This document shows positions 46,688-56,490 of a DNA stretch of 64,000 bases, piece after piece. Location of the stretch: contig CALNZI010000006.1 in assembly GCA_942491275.1 (NCBI GenBank), forward strand, positions 73,899 through 137,898, given 5' to 3'. The DNA is from Minisyncoccota bacterium (lineage in GTDB: Bacteria > Patescibacteriota > Minisyncoccia > Phycocordibacterales > UBA9973). The notes under the pieces are model-generated. The model ran no database searches and had not been told where the DNA came from. It saw nothing but the letters and a program-made list of their open reading frames with translations. The first letter of the stretch is position 1. Each line of letters begins with the position of its first letter. Both the position numbers and the translations under genes were made by a program.

Positions 46688-49096
46688 TTAATCCAATTTT
46701 TTTGTACCCTCCTTCTTTTTCATGCCAGATATAGGGAAGGAAACATAAAAAGTAGTTCCCCTGTCTTCTTCTGACTTAAACCAAACAGAACCTCCAGATT
46801 GATCTATTATCGATTTTATAATGTAAAGCCCCAATCCAGTTCCTTCTGTTTCTGATTCACGAGCATTGTCTGCTCTAAATAACTTTGAAAAAATCTTATC
46901 CTGCTGATCGGTAGGAATACCGATTCCAGAATCTGAAACTGAAAAAACTAAACTTTCACCATCTAAAATCTTATTTCCAAAAGTATCACCTCCATTCATT
47001 GTGGAGATTTCAATTTTTACAGAACATTTAGGTTCTGTATATTTAACTGCATTAGATAGTAAATTTTGGAATACCATTCGTAACAGCTTCCTATCTGCTT
47101 GAAATTCAAGAATGTCTTTGCCATAAAATTCTTCTACTTTAATTTTCTTTTTTAATACTTGGGGTTTTAATTCACTAATAACACTTTGAGCCATTTCTAC
47201 AACATCAACCGCTTCTGGTTCAATAATAAAAGTGCCCAAGTCAAGTCTAGAAACATTTAAAAGTGAATCCACAAGAGAAACCATCCGCTGACTACCAACT
47301 GAAACTTCTTCCAAATACTTTTTTTGATCTTCATTAATATCTCCAGCATCCCCAGCTAAAAGCATTTCTGTATACCAATTTATACTTGACAATGGAGTTC
47401 TCAGTTGATGAGAAGCTAATGATACGAATTCTGTCTTTGCTTTATCAATTTCTTTTTCTTTAGTAATATCATGCTCAAGAGCAACAAAATAAATAATATT
47501 ACCTTTGTCGTCTAAAACAGGAGATACGCTAATATTAGCCATGTAAAGAGTTCCATTTTTTCTTTTATTTTGTATTTCTCCAGCAAAAGTTTTCTTTTGA
47601 TCTTTTATAACATTCCAGAAATTTTCATAATATTCTAACGACATGGGAGTCTTCCACAAAACACCTGCTTTTTTACCAATAGCCTCTTCTGGAGTGAATC
47701 CTGTGATCCGCTCAACTGCCTTATTGCCATAAATAACAACGCCCTCCGGGTTAGTAATGACAACCTGGTCAGAGGCGTTATCTACGGCTAATTTAAATTT
47801 TTCTAAATCGTTAGCTAGCATCTCTGTCTTTTCTTTTTCTTTTTGAACATCTTCTAAAATATTTAAAATTGCAACTTTTTGGTCTTCCAACTCTTCAGCT
47901 TTTAAATTAACCTCTTTCGTCTTTTTTTCAACGTTCTTGTCTAAATTTTTATATAAATCACCTAAGTTGTCTGACATTTTATTAAAAGCAATAGCCAAAT
48001 CACCTATTTCATCTTTAGTCTCTATATCAATCCTTTTAGAGAAATCTCCTTTAGAAACATCTTGAGCAAACAATTTTAATTCTTTTAAAGGACTAAGAGA
48101 TGACAAAATGAAACGGTAGAGAACAAAAGCAGCAAATATAACACCTAAAATTATTAGGCCAATTAAAATAAATATGATTCGAGATACTGTATTATTTATT
48201 GTTTTTATTCCAGTTTCAGTAACTAAATAAAAAGGGAGATCCCCAAGTCTATTAACATTAATGATTTCAATTTCTCCATCTATCTCATCACTAAATTTAA
48301 TACTCCCGGAAGATTCTCCTTTCCTAATAAGATCTTGAACTAAATTATAATTGAGGGGTAAAATTTCTCTCTCAAGAAACTTTTTAGATTCTTCAATTTT
48401 ACTTTTTTCTATAGAGGTAAGATCTCCTAAACTTTTCAAAAATCTTTCTGGTTTATTAGAAGTAATAATAATTCCATTTTCATCGACTAACATAACGGAG
48501 CTTTCTTTTGAAACTTGACTACTTAAAATAGGAATGTCAATCCCGGTATTTTCAATTTTAGAAATAAAAACCCCCAACACATCTTTACTATCACTAAATA
48601 CTGGATAAGAAAAATAATAACCGAACTGATTACTTGTTTTGCCTAAAAGTAAATCCACAAAAGGATTCCCTTTAACCCCTTCTTTAAAATAACTACGGAA
48701 ACTATAATTCTTGCCCACGAAACTCTCGTCAGTTGAAACTAGAGTCTGTCCTTCTTTGTTTAATAAGTATAATGATAAATATTTACTGTCTTCTTGTGCA
48801 TAGCTAGATAAAATATCAAAAAGAACAATTCTTTTTTCTTCAGTTTCATCTAAAAGATATTCCTTCAAGGCATCTCTCTCACTAAGCATTTTGGTAAAAA
48901 TTTTATTATTTTCAAAAATTTGAATACTTTCCTCTGATTGTTCTTTACTAAGTTTACTTATATCTTCTAATTTCTGATTAACTAAAGTTTTACTTAAATA
49001 TAAATTAACGAAAGCCACCACTAAAATACACAAGAAAATAGCCGCCACTATGATTGAGATAATTATTTTTACTTTTAATTTTAATCTTTTAAACAT
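46688..49096 (-). CDS. sensor histidine kinase (extracytoplasmic Cache-like domain, HAMP, PAS, HisKA, HATPase_c)
   Basis: 802 aa with two TM segments. H-box SHQLRTPL, N-box LLSNAVKYT, G-boxes DSGIGIP and GTGLGL. Confidence 0.9.
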   Translation of the reverse strand: MFKRLKLKVKIIISIIVAAIFLCILVVAFVNLYLSKTLVNQKLEDISKLSKEQSEESIQIFENNKIFTKMLSERDALKEYLLDETEEKRIVLFDILSSYAQEDSKYLSLYLLNKEGQTLVSTDESFVGKNYSFRSYFKEGVKGNPFVDLLLGKTSNQFGYYFSYPVFSDSKDVLGVFISKIENTGIDIPILSSQVSKESSVMLVDENGIIITSNKPERFLKSLGDLTSIEKSKIEESKKFLEREILPLNYNLVQDLIRKGESSGSIKFSDEIDGEIEIINVNRLGDLPFYLVTETGIKTINNTVSRIIFILIGLIILGVIFAAFVLYRFILSSLSPLKELKLFAQDVSKGDFSKRIDIETKDEIGDLAIAFNKMSDNLGDLYKNLDKNVEKKTKEVNLKAEELEDQKVAILNILEDVQKEKEKTEMLANDLEKFKLAVDNASDQVVITNPEGVVIYGNKAVERITGFTPEEAIGKKAGVLWKTPMSLEYYENFWNVIKDQKKTFAGEIQNKRKNGTLYMANISVSPVLDDKGNIIYFVALEHDITKEKEIDKAKTEFVSLASHQLRTPLSSINWYTEMLLAGDAGDINEDQKKYLEEVSVGSQRMVSLVDSLLNVSRLDLGTFIIEPEAVDVVEMAQSVISELKPQVLKKKIKVEEFYGKDILEFQADRKLLRMVFQNLLSNAVKYTEPKCSVKIEISTMNGGDTFGNKILDGESLVFSVSDSGIGIPTDQQDKIFSKLFRADNARESETEGTGLGLYIIKSIIDQSGGSVWFKSEEDRGTTFYVSFPISGMKKKEGTKKLD

Positions 49097-49148
49097 TTAT
49101 TTTATTTATTTTCAAGTTCTAATATCTCCTTTTTTAATTTAACCATCT

Positions 49149-50645
49149 CTAACTCTCTCGGCCAACCATTACTTTATTCATTCTTTCTGACTCTTCTAAA
49201 GCTTTCTTTGTTTCTTCTTCAGATTTTTTTACCAACTCAAGAGCTTTCTTCTTTTCTGTAACATCTCTCACTGTTGCTTGAATAGATGCATTATTACCAT
49301 CTCCAATCCTTACAAGTGTAACTTCAGCTAAAAATTCTGACCCATTAATTTTCCTATGAACCCATTCAAAAGAATTAAAACCTTCCTTCATTGTAATATT
49401 TATCATTTCTTTCGCTTTTTGACTAGAGAGCATACCATCTGGCTGATATTCTGGAGAAATATCTCCTAAGTTAATTCTTCTTAATTCTCCATCATTTTTT
49501 AAACCAAAAATCTCTAATGTTGCTGAATTCCCTAAAGAAAACTTCCACTCTGGTGGAGTAAGCGTCATTATTGCATCATGTGAATAATCAAACAAATATT
49601 TAAATTTTTTATTAGTCGAAGCAATCTTTTTCATAATACGAGAAATAAAAAGAGTGCTAAACATTAATATCATAAATACGATTGTATTTAAAATAGTTAA
49701 ATCATTTTTAATACTTTTTGACTGCTGATATATAAAATCTTTGGAGGTAAAGTGATAAACTTTCCATTTAATGTTTTGTCCTTTGATTGGGGTTATAGTT
49801 GAAAAAGTATGGAGCCCATCACTAAGCATAACCTGCCCTTCTGATTTCTCTCGTATAAATTCCCAAAGAGTTGGATTTTTATTAGCTAATGTTAAATCTT
49901 TTTTATCGCTAAACATAAAACCCCATTCTTCATTAGGATCATTAGATTTCAACCAATACCCTTGATCATTTAGTAATTCTGATTTAATAGGTTCCTCTAT
50001 TTGATTTTTTAAAACCCCAGAACCTATATTATTAAGAATATCTTGCGCTAAGTAATTAAAAATTAAAATTCCCTTTTTTACTCCACCTTCAAATAGTGGA
50101 GTGGCGATACGAAGCATTGGTTTATAAGGGATTTCAATTTCACCATTTTCTATATTTAAATCTAAGACTGAAACATAAATATCTCCTATCCCTAAAGAAA
50201 AAGGATCTTTAAAATAATATCTATCTTTTTTGTTCTGCAACAACGGGTCATCAACAATGGTTGTTACTCCATTAGAATAATTAGCTCTTACAATCTCTTT
50301 CCCATTACTATCTAAAAACCGAACCTGATCATATATTTTTCGACTTAAGGAAAACTCATAGAACAACTCCTTTAATCTTTTTTTATCTTCATCGCTTCCA
50401 GTTGTCAAAAACTCTTTCATCACAGGTAGGTTAGAGACTAAAACCAAGTCAGAAAATACAGCTTCGAGTCTTTTTTCCTCCCTCGACTTAATGAAATTAA
50501 TTAAATCTAGATCTTGTTTTTTTATTATAGTTTCATTGTTAATCTTTTCATTTTTATATTGATAAGATGTTGTAAAGAAAAACACTCCATAAATTATTGC
50601 CGGAATAATGATCAAAAAGGTTAAATTTTTTAAATTTTTTTCCAT
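49149..50645 (-). CDS. membrane sensor with Cache-like and PAS domains but no kinase/output domain
   Basis: 498 aa, ending ..NKVMVGRES*. A 17-codon continuation LEMVKLKKEILELENK* lies in another frame (to 49102), ending 5 nt before the kinase ATG. Confidence 0.7.
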   Translation of the reverse strand: MEKNLKNLTFLIIIPAIIYGVFFFTTSYQYKNEKINNETIIKKQDLDLINFIKSREEKRLEAVFSDLVLVSNLPVMKEFLTTGSDEDKKRLKELFYEFSLSRKIYDQVRFLDSNGKEIVRANYSNGVTTIVDDPLLQNKKDRYYFKDPFSLGIGDIYVSVLDLNIENGEIEIPYKPMLRIATPLFEGGVKKGILIFNYLAQDILNNIGSGVLKNQIEEPIKSELLNDQGYWLKSNDPNEEWGFMFSDKKDLTLANKNPTLWEFIREKSEGQVMLSDGLHTFSTITPIKGQNIKWKVYHFTSKDFIYQQSKSIKNDLTILNTIVFMILMFSTLFISRIMKKIASTNKKFKYLFDYSHDAIMTLTPPEWKFSLGNSATLEIFGLKNDGELRRINLGDISPEYQPDGMLSSQKAKEMINITMKEGFNSFEWVHRKINGSEFLAEVTLVRIGDGNNASIQATVRDVTEKKKALELVKKSEEETKKALEESERMNKVMVGRES

Positions 50646-50719
50646 TTTTTTAATTACAAAATTATTATTTACTTCTATTTAAATATTATACCTCTTGATA
50701 CACTTTTCCACAAAGAAAA

Positions 50720-51097
50720 TTATGGAACTTCTTGCCAGGAAGATATTATTATAGGATTAAAACTATTTGTTGTAATTTCTAATTTTCTAACTATATTCCC
50801 AGCCGACCCTGATACTGATATTAAGCGGTTATTACCTCCTGTATTGGTGATATTATAGGTGCAAATATTATTACTCAAAATCAAATCACTAATTCCTACA
50901 TAAGAAGTATTAGTTCTTATTGCTTCAAGAGCAACTTCAGCACAGGCATTGACTAAGGCTTTACTCTGGTTAGAATTTTTTATATTAGAACTAGTTTTTA
51001 AAGACCAGAGACTGCTTACTGAAAGAGTAAAAACAAAACCTAACATGGCGCTTCCTAAAATAATAACTATAAATAATGTGGAGAATCCTTTTTTCAT
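50720..51097 (-). CDS. minor pilin-like protein (PilX/ComGG-like, tentative)
   Basis: Start chosen at MKKGFSTLFIVIILG (ATG 51097). Hydrophobic N-terminal helix; last gene of the pilin row. Confidence 0.5.
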   Translation of the reverse strand: MKKGFSTLFIVIILGSAMLGFVFTLSVSSLWSLKTSSNIKNSNQSKALVNACAEVALEAIRTNTSYVGISDLILSNNICTYNITNTGGNNRLISVSGSAGNIVRKLEITTNSFNPIIISSWQEVP

Positions 51098-51173
51098 CCC
51101 GAAAAAAAATTTACTTTTTATTCTTTTTTTTATTTTTATATTATTTTTCATAAATTTTCTAACGAGACAAGTA

Positions 51174-51668
51174 TTATTTTCTTAATGAAGCACTCCCATA
51201 AAAATTAGACGAATAGATATCTTCTTGTCTGACTGAATCTACGTTCCCCAGTGTAAAACGAATTTGAACTGTCTCTGGACTTGAAGGTTGAGACAAATTA
51301 GAAAAAATCAAATTACTTATAATGACTTTATTATTTGTTAAAGCCAAAGGATCCTCTGACCCTTCGGTTATAAATAAAACTCCTCCTGTTTCTGAAAAAG
51401 TTACTGAATTTACACTTAAGCTAGACCCTGTCATCCCTAAAGCTGGAGATGTTACTTCAGTAGAATTCCTTATTGTTTGAGTAATTAAATTAATTATTTG
51501 ATTACCCTGATTATTGACTTCAAGAATAATCTGACTACTCAACCGAGCCTTCGTCATATTACTAGAAAAAGAAGCTATCCCAAGCACAAAAATACTAAAT
51601 ATTGCTACATAAATTACAGTCTCTGTTAAAGTGAACCCTCTATTTTTTTGTTTTTTAAATAATTTCAT
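51174..51668 (-). CDS. prepilin-type N-terminal cleavage/methylation domain protein
   Basis: KNRGFTLTETVIYVAIFSI, i.e. G/FTLxE followed by a hydrophobic helix. Confidence 0.75.
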   Translation of the reverse strand: MKLFKKQKNRGFTLTETVIYVAIFSIFVLGIASFSSNMTKARLSSQIILEVNNQGNQIINLITQTIRNSTEVTSPALGMTGSSLSVNSVTFSETGGVLFITEGSEDPLALTNNKVIISNLIFSNLSQPSSPETVQIRFTLGNVDSVRQEDIYSSNFYGSASLRK

Positions 51669-51671
51669 TTT

Positions 51672-52481
51672 TTAAAGAGAAATTCCTGTTATTACCTTTG
51701 TTGTCCCATCAAGCATTATATAAGTAATAGTCAAAGTTTTATTTTTCATTTTTTTATTAAATTTATATTCCGAGCTTGTGTCACTTTGCTGAGGAATAAT
51801 AGTAAAATCTAAAATATCATTAATATCACCACTCTTAGAATTACCAGTCCAAACAGAACTATCATCGATAAAAATTTCCTGTAATTTTTCTTTACCATCA
51901 TAATCAATACTAATTTTATCAACAATAATATCACAATTTGGAGCAGTACTACCAAAAGAAATTCCTGTCACAGTTTTATCTTTATTAATAAGATCAACTT
52001 CAATTATTTCTACATCCATAAAACTAGCTTGATCAGCACAATTTGCTGGAGTTATTTTTCTCCAATCTGTTAAGTACGTATTGTGGGTAATTAAATTAAA
52101 CGAAGAAATCTGGTCGGACCAGGAAACACTAGCTGAAATTTCTTTTTGAGTTTCACTAATTGTTGAAATATTTACCACACGAGTGAAAATATCAGTGGTG
52201 TCCGAATTTCCTATTAGACTCCATTGGCTATTTACAACCCCTAAACCATGATCACCATCAATTAAATTAGAAAAATCTATATCACGCAAATTACGTAAAA
52301 CTTCTAAGGCCTCATCGGCCAAATAAGTTGCCTTAGACTTATTAACAGAACTTCTTATTTGAATTTTTGAATTAACAACAGTATCAGTAATGGGAATCAC
52401 AAAAACTAAAAAAACTGCAACGGAGACAATAATTTCAACAAGAGAGAATCCTTTATTCGTATGTGAGTATTCCTTTTTCAT
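51672..52481 (-). CDS. prepilin-type N-terminal cleavage/methylation domain protein (269 aa)
   Basis: TNKGFSLVEIIVSVAVFLVF. Confidence 0.7.
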   Translation of the reverse strand: MKKEYSHTNKGFSLVEIIVSVAVFLVFVIPITDTVVNSKIQIRSSVNKSKATYLADEALEVLRNLRDIDFSNLIDGDHGLGVVNSQWSLIGNSDTTDIFTRVVNISTISETQKEISASVSWSDQISSFNLITHNTYLTDWRKITPANCADQASFMDVEIIEVDLINKDKTVTGISFGSTAPNCDIIVDKISIDYDGKEKLQEIFIDDSSVWTGNSKSGDINDILDFTIIPQQSDTSSEYKFNKKMKNKTLTITYIMLDGTTKVITGISL

Positions 52482-52920
52482 TTATACTTATATTTTTAAG
52501 TCCTGAATTATTCGAAAGCGTTATCACTCCTGTATTAACTGTACTACCCATTAATTTTTCAAAAACAATTTCTGATAAACCACTAGCAATCACCTTCGAG
52601 GATAATCCCATGATTTGATCAAAAGAAGAATCTCGAGTTGTATAACTATCTCCTTTGAAAATTGTGACTTGATCTAATGAGATTTGAACTCCCCATTTTG
52701 AATCACCAACTCCAGCTTGAGAACTCGACTGAGCAAATCTAATTGATTCAACTAATCCTACTGTAGAGATTTCTAAATTAGAATGTGCCGTAAAATTAAG
52801 ATATCCTAAAATAGAAACAGAAGCCAAAACAGTAAAAATTCCAAGAACGATTAAAATCTCTACTAAAGAAAAACCTTTATTTTTTTTATATCTGGCTTGA
52901 TAATCCATAAATTGGGCCAA
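52453..52920 (-). CDS. prepilin-type N-terminal cleavage/methylation domain protein (FimT/GspH-like size)
   Basis: KNKGFSLVEILIVLGIFTVLA. Its 5' end overlaps the reconstructed pilC 3' end. Confidence 0.7.
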   Translation of the reverse strand: MAQFMDYQARYKKNKGFSLVEILIVLGIFTVLASVSILGYLNFTAHSNLEISTVGLVESIRFAQSSSQAGVGDSKWGVQISLDQVTIFKGDSYTTRDSSFDQIMGLSSKVIASGLSEIVFEKLMGSTVNTGVITLSNNSGLKNISINEKGILTYE

Positions 52921-54018
52921 TAATTGCTAAGACAACGAAGCCAACAATTAATCCCACTACAATCAATACAATTGGCTCGATAATAGTAGCTAAATCTCGT
53001 GACATTGCCTCTGTTTTTTCTTCAAAAATAACTCCAATTTTAATAAATGTCTCAGAAAGTCTCCCTGATTTCTCAGAGGCTATAATTAATTGCTGAATAG
53101 GTATTGGAATATATTTATCTATATTTTTATAGGTTGATAATGCTATTTCAAAAGTATCTCCTTCAGATATACTTAATTGTAAATGGCTGTAAAACTTTTA
53201 TATCTATTATAGGAGGTTCCTTTTTTAATAGATTCAAGAGCTTCTCCTACTTGGAATCCTGCTTGTAATAAAACTCCCAAAAGATATCCTAAACGAGCAA
53301 TTTCTACTCCTTGTATTAATTTTTTTATTCCTGGAATAGAAAACATAATAGCATCCCCTACAAATTTAGTTTTCTTATTAAAAAACATAAAATAAACTAA
53401 CAAAAATAATCCAGTTATTATCAAAGGAACTGCAATAGCCCCATAATTGGACAAAAAGGAACCTATCCCCAAAAGAATTCTAGTGGTTATGGGCAAAGTC
53501 CCATCGGTTGTTTGAAAAATTGAAATAAGTTTTGGAAGAATGATCCAAGAACTACCAATAGCTACAATAATTGCCAATATTAAAACTACTCCGGGGTACA
53601 AGAGAGCTGACTTTAATCTTGAGTTAAATGTTTTTTCCTTATGTTGCTGGATGGTAACTAAGTTTAAATGTTCTGGCAACTTTCCTCCTTCTTCCCCAGA
53701 ACGAATAATAGAAATAATTCTTTGAGGTAAAAATTTTGTTATCTCAAAAGCTCTCCAAAGGGGCGTCCCGTCGTTAACCATAGTTTCTATTGCAATGGCT
53801 ATTTTTTTCATTTTTTTATTTTTAACGGAAAGACTTACAGAGGAAAGAGCGCCGGAAATCCCCATTCCAGAAGCAATTAATAAGCTTAAATTTTCAATAA
53901 AATAATCTCTCTCATCTCCAAAACCAATACTTATATAAGGCCAATCAGGTCGATACTCAAAAGCCGGTCTGGTGAAACCTTCTTTTTCGTATGATTTTCT
54001 CAATTCAATTTTTGACAT
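52886..54018 (-). CDS. pilC: type IV pilus/T2SS platform protein PilC/GspF, interrupted by a frame change at 53176-53197
   Basis: The track ORF 53173-54018 ends ..YNRYKSFTAIYN*. Another frame, open only from 53197, reads KFYSHLQLSISEGDTFEIALS...SEKSGRLSETF...IIEPIVLIVVGLIVGFVVLAIIGPIYGLSSQI* (stop 52886), which is the second GspF repeat. Confidence 0.8.
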
Positions 54019-54026
54019 ATAAATAA

Positions 54027-55676
54027 TTATTGTGGATTAATAACACGGATTAATTCTTCTAAAGTAGTTAATCCATCTTTAACTTTTTTAACTCCGTCTT
54101 CAAACATAGATTGGAAACCTTGACTTTTAATAAGAGTTAAAACTTCTTTGGTTGAAGGTCTTTTAATTATTAAATCTTGTAATTCTGGAGATATTTTTAT
54201 AAATTCAAAAATACCAACACGTCCTTTAAATCCTGTATGAGAACAAGACTCACAACCTTTCCCTTTATAAAAAGTAAAAGACTTCCCTTTTAAATATTGA
54301 CTGACTTCAGTTCCCAATTTATCAATTTTTGATTTTGAATAAACATCACTAACCTTACAGCTGTCACAAATTCTACGAACAAGACGCTGAGCTATTATAA
54401 GTTCAATTGTTGAACCAGCAAGAAAAGGCTCAATCCCCATATCTATAAATCGAGGAATTGCCGTGGCAGCATTATTTGCATGAAAAGTTGAAAACAAGAG
54501 ATGCCCTGTTAAAGAGGCATTCACCGCGATATCTGCAGTTTCAAGGTCTCTAATTTCTCCTACAAAAATAACATTAGGATCTTGCCTAGCTACAGCTCTT
54601 AACCCTTTTGCAAAAGTTAAATTAGTCTGAGGATTAACTTGAATTTGATTTACTCCGGCCATTTTGTACTCTACAGGATCTTCAATTGTTGTTATATTTA
54701 TCTTTTGAGTATTTATTATCTTAATAATGGAATAAAGAGTTGTTGTTTTACCTGAGCCAGTTGGTCCAGTAACCAGAATCATTCCAAATGGCTTATTGGC
54801 ACTTTTAATTATTTGCTCTTGTAATTCTTTAGAGAGACCTATGTTCCCTAATGTTAAATCACGAACATAGGAAGACAAAACTCTAATAGCAATTTTTTCT
54901 CCATCTAAAGTGGGTACGATTGAAACACGTAAATCAACCGGTTGAGCGTTATCCTTTGGTGTATAGCGAATTGCTCCATCCTGAGCACTAAAATGTTCAT
55001 CAATACGTAATCTTGATTGAACTTTCAAGCGGTTAACTATACTTCCATAATATTCATTAGGTATCTCTCCTGCATCGTGTAATATTCCATCTATTCTAAA
55101 TCTCACTATCACTTTTTTCTCTTGAGGTTCACAATGTATATCTGAAGCCTTAAGCAAAAGTGCATCTTCAAAAATTTGATCTAAAATTTCAGGAGCAATC
55201 CGGCCTTTTGATTCAATAATTTTAGAAAATTTTGTTTTAAGAGCTTGTTGATAATTAGCAAAAACAGTATCAATTTCATTTGATAAAGAAAAAGTAATCT
55301 TTATTTTTTTATTCAAAAATATGGTTTCTATCTCTTTCCGTAAATCTTTATTTAAAGGATCATCGGTAGCAACAACCATTTCTCCTTTATTTTGACTAAA
55401 AACCACCACATGAAATTTCTTCGCTATTTTTTCTGGGATCAAAAGAACTTGCTCTTTTGATGGTGGGTTAACCTCCAAGTTTGAATAAGAAACTTTCAGC
55501 GATTCTGCTATAGCCTGTCCAATAATATCAGTACTAGTAAGTTCTTTCACTAATAAATAATCAGTAGGAGAAACCCTATGCTCTTCTGCATATTCTTTAG
55601 CCTTTATTACATCTTCATCTGTAATATAACTCCCCTCTAAAAGAATTTTTAGTATTGTGTCCTGTTCAAATTTCAT
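54027..55676 (-). CDS. pilB: type IV pilus assembly ATPase (PilB/GspE family)
   Basis: 549 aa. Walker A GPTGSGKTTTLY, Asp/His boxes and C-terminal CDSC..CESC. Confidence 0.9.
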   Translation of the reverse strand: MKFEQDTILKILLEGSYITDEDVIKAKEYAEEHRVSPTDYLLVKELTSTDIIGQAIAESLKVSYSNLEVNPPSKEQVLLIPEKIAKKFHVVVFSQNKGEMVVATDDPLNKDLRKEIETIFLNKKIKITFSLSNEIDTVFANYQQALKTKFSKIIESKGRIAPEILDQIFEDALLLKASDIHCEPQEKKVIVRFRIDGILHDAGEIPNEYYGSIVNRLKVQSRLRIDEHFSAQDGAIRYTPKDNAQPVDLRVSIVPTLDGEKIAIRVLSSYVRDLTLGNIGLSKELQEQIIKSANKPFGMILVTGPTGSGKTTTLYSIIKIINTQKINITTIEDPVEYKMAGVNQIQVNPQTNLTFAKGLRAVARQDPNVIFVGEIRDLETADIAVNASLTGHLLFSTFHANNAATAIPRFIDMGIEPFLAGSTIELIIAQRLVRRICDSCKVSDVYSKSKIDKLGTEVSQYLKGKSFTFYKGKGCESCSHTGFKGRVGIFEFIKISPELQDLIIKRPSTKEVLTLIKSQGFQSMFEDGVKKVKDGLTTLEELIRVINPQ

Positions 55677-55728
55677 ACTTATTATTTATTGTTATTATTA
55701 AAGACCTAATTTTTAGTATAATTTTATT

Positions 55729-56112
55729 TTAATTAGAAACAATTCTTTTTTTGACTTTTTCCACAACCTCAGAAATAGGAGTATTCGATTTAATTAAAAA
55801 ATCAATAGCCCCAAGCTCTCTAACCTTTTTTTCATCTTCGGCTTGGCTTAAATTAGTTAAAACAATTACTGGAATATCTATTTTATTATCTTTTAAAATT
55901 TGCAAAACTTGAAAACCATCTATTTGAGGCATCAGCATATCAGAAATTATCAAAGAAAAGTCATTTTCTTTTAATAAAGAAAGTACATCCTCTCCATTAA
56001 AGTTTACAACAACTTCAAAACCTTCATGCGCCAACTTAAGTTCAAGTGCTCGAGCAAGAGGTTTTTCATCTTCTAAGACTAAAATTTTCTTTTTATTAGA
56101 TTTCATATGCAA
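55729..56112 (-). CDS. receiver-only response regulator (CheY-like)
   Basis: KKILVLEDE, LIISDMLMP, IVLTN. No output domain. The start may be the third codon (ATG 56106). Confidence 0.8.
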   Translation of the reverse strand: MHMKSNKKKILVLEDEKPLARALELKLAHEGFEVVVNFNGEDVLSLLKENDFSLIISDMLMPQIDGFQVLQILKDNKIDIPVIVLTNLSQAEDEKKVRELGAIDFLIKSNTPISEVVEKVKKRIVSN

Positions 56113-56137
56113 ACTATTATTATTATACTACAATAAT

Positions 56138-56175
56138 AAAAAAAAGTAACTAATTTTTATTAGTTACTTTTTTAT
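56138..56175. terminator. bidirectional-looking intrinsic terminator
   Basis: 11-bp stem aagtaactaat/attagttactt (56144-56154 / 56159-56169) flanked by an A-run and a T-run. Confidence 0.65.
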
Positions 56176-56210
56176 AAATACATTGAAACTCTTATTAGTC
56201 TGATATTCCT

Positions 56211-56441
56211 CTACTGAGTCATTACTTTTTGAATTTCTGCTTGATATTTCCGCATAACCTGCATTGACGCAGTCATTTCACTCATTCCTCCTTTAGTTAA
56301 AATCTTAACCTCATCCCCTATTTTCTTAAATAATTCAGGATTCTCATTAATTAATTTAATAAACATATCCTGCTGATTTTTTGGCAGGTTTTTCATTTTC
56401 GAACGTATTAATTTCTCAGTTAAAAAGCTTTTTATTCCCAT
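56211..56441 (-). CDS. hypothetical protein (76 aa)
   Basis: Track ORF followed by a terminator. No motifs recognised. Confidence 0.4.
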   Translation of the reverse strand: MGIKSFLTEKLIRSKMKNLPKNQQDMFIKLINENPELFKKIGDEVKILTKGGMSEMTASMQVMRKYQAEIQKVMTQ

Positions 56442-56490
56442 ATATTATAGTATAGCAAAAAAATAAATTAATAACCAAACGACCGATTAA

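Noticed and set aside
18936-53200. Alternative genetic code (for example UGA or UAG recoding) as the cause of the interrupted genes.
   Set aside because: The interruptions need frame changes, not read-through, because sequence in-frame after each stop quickly hits more stops. All other conserved genes are full-length under the standard code.
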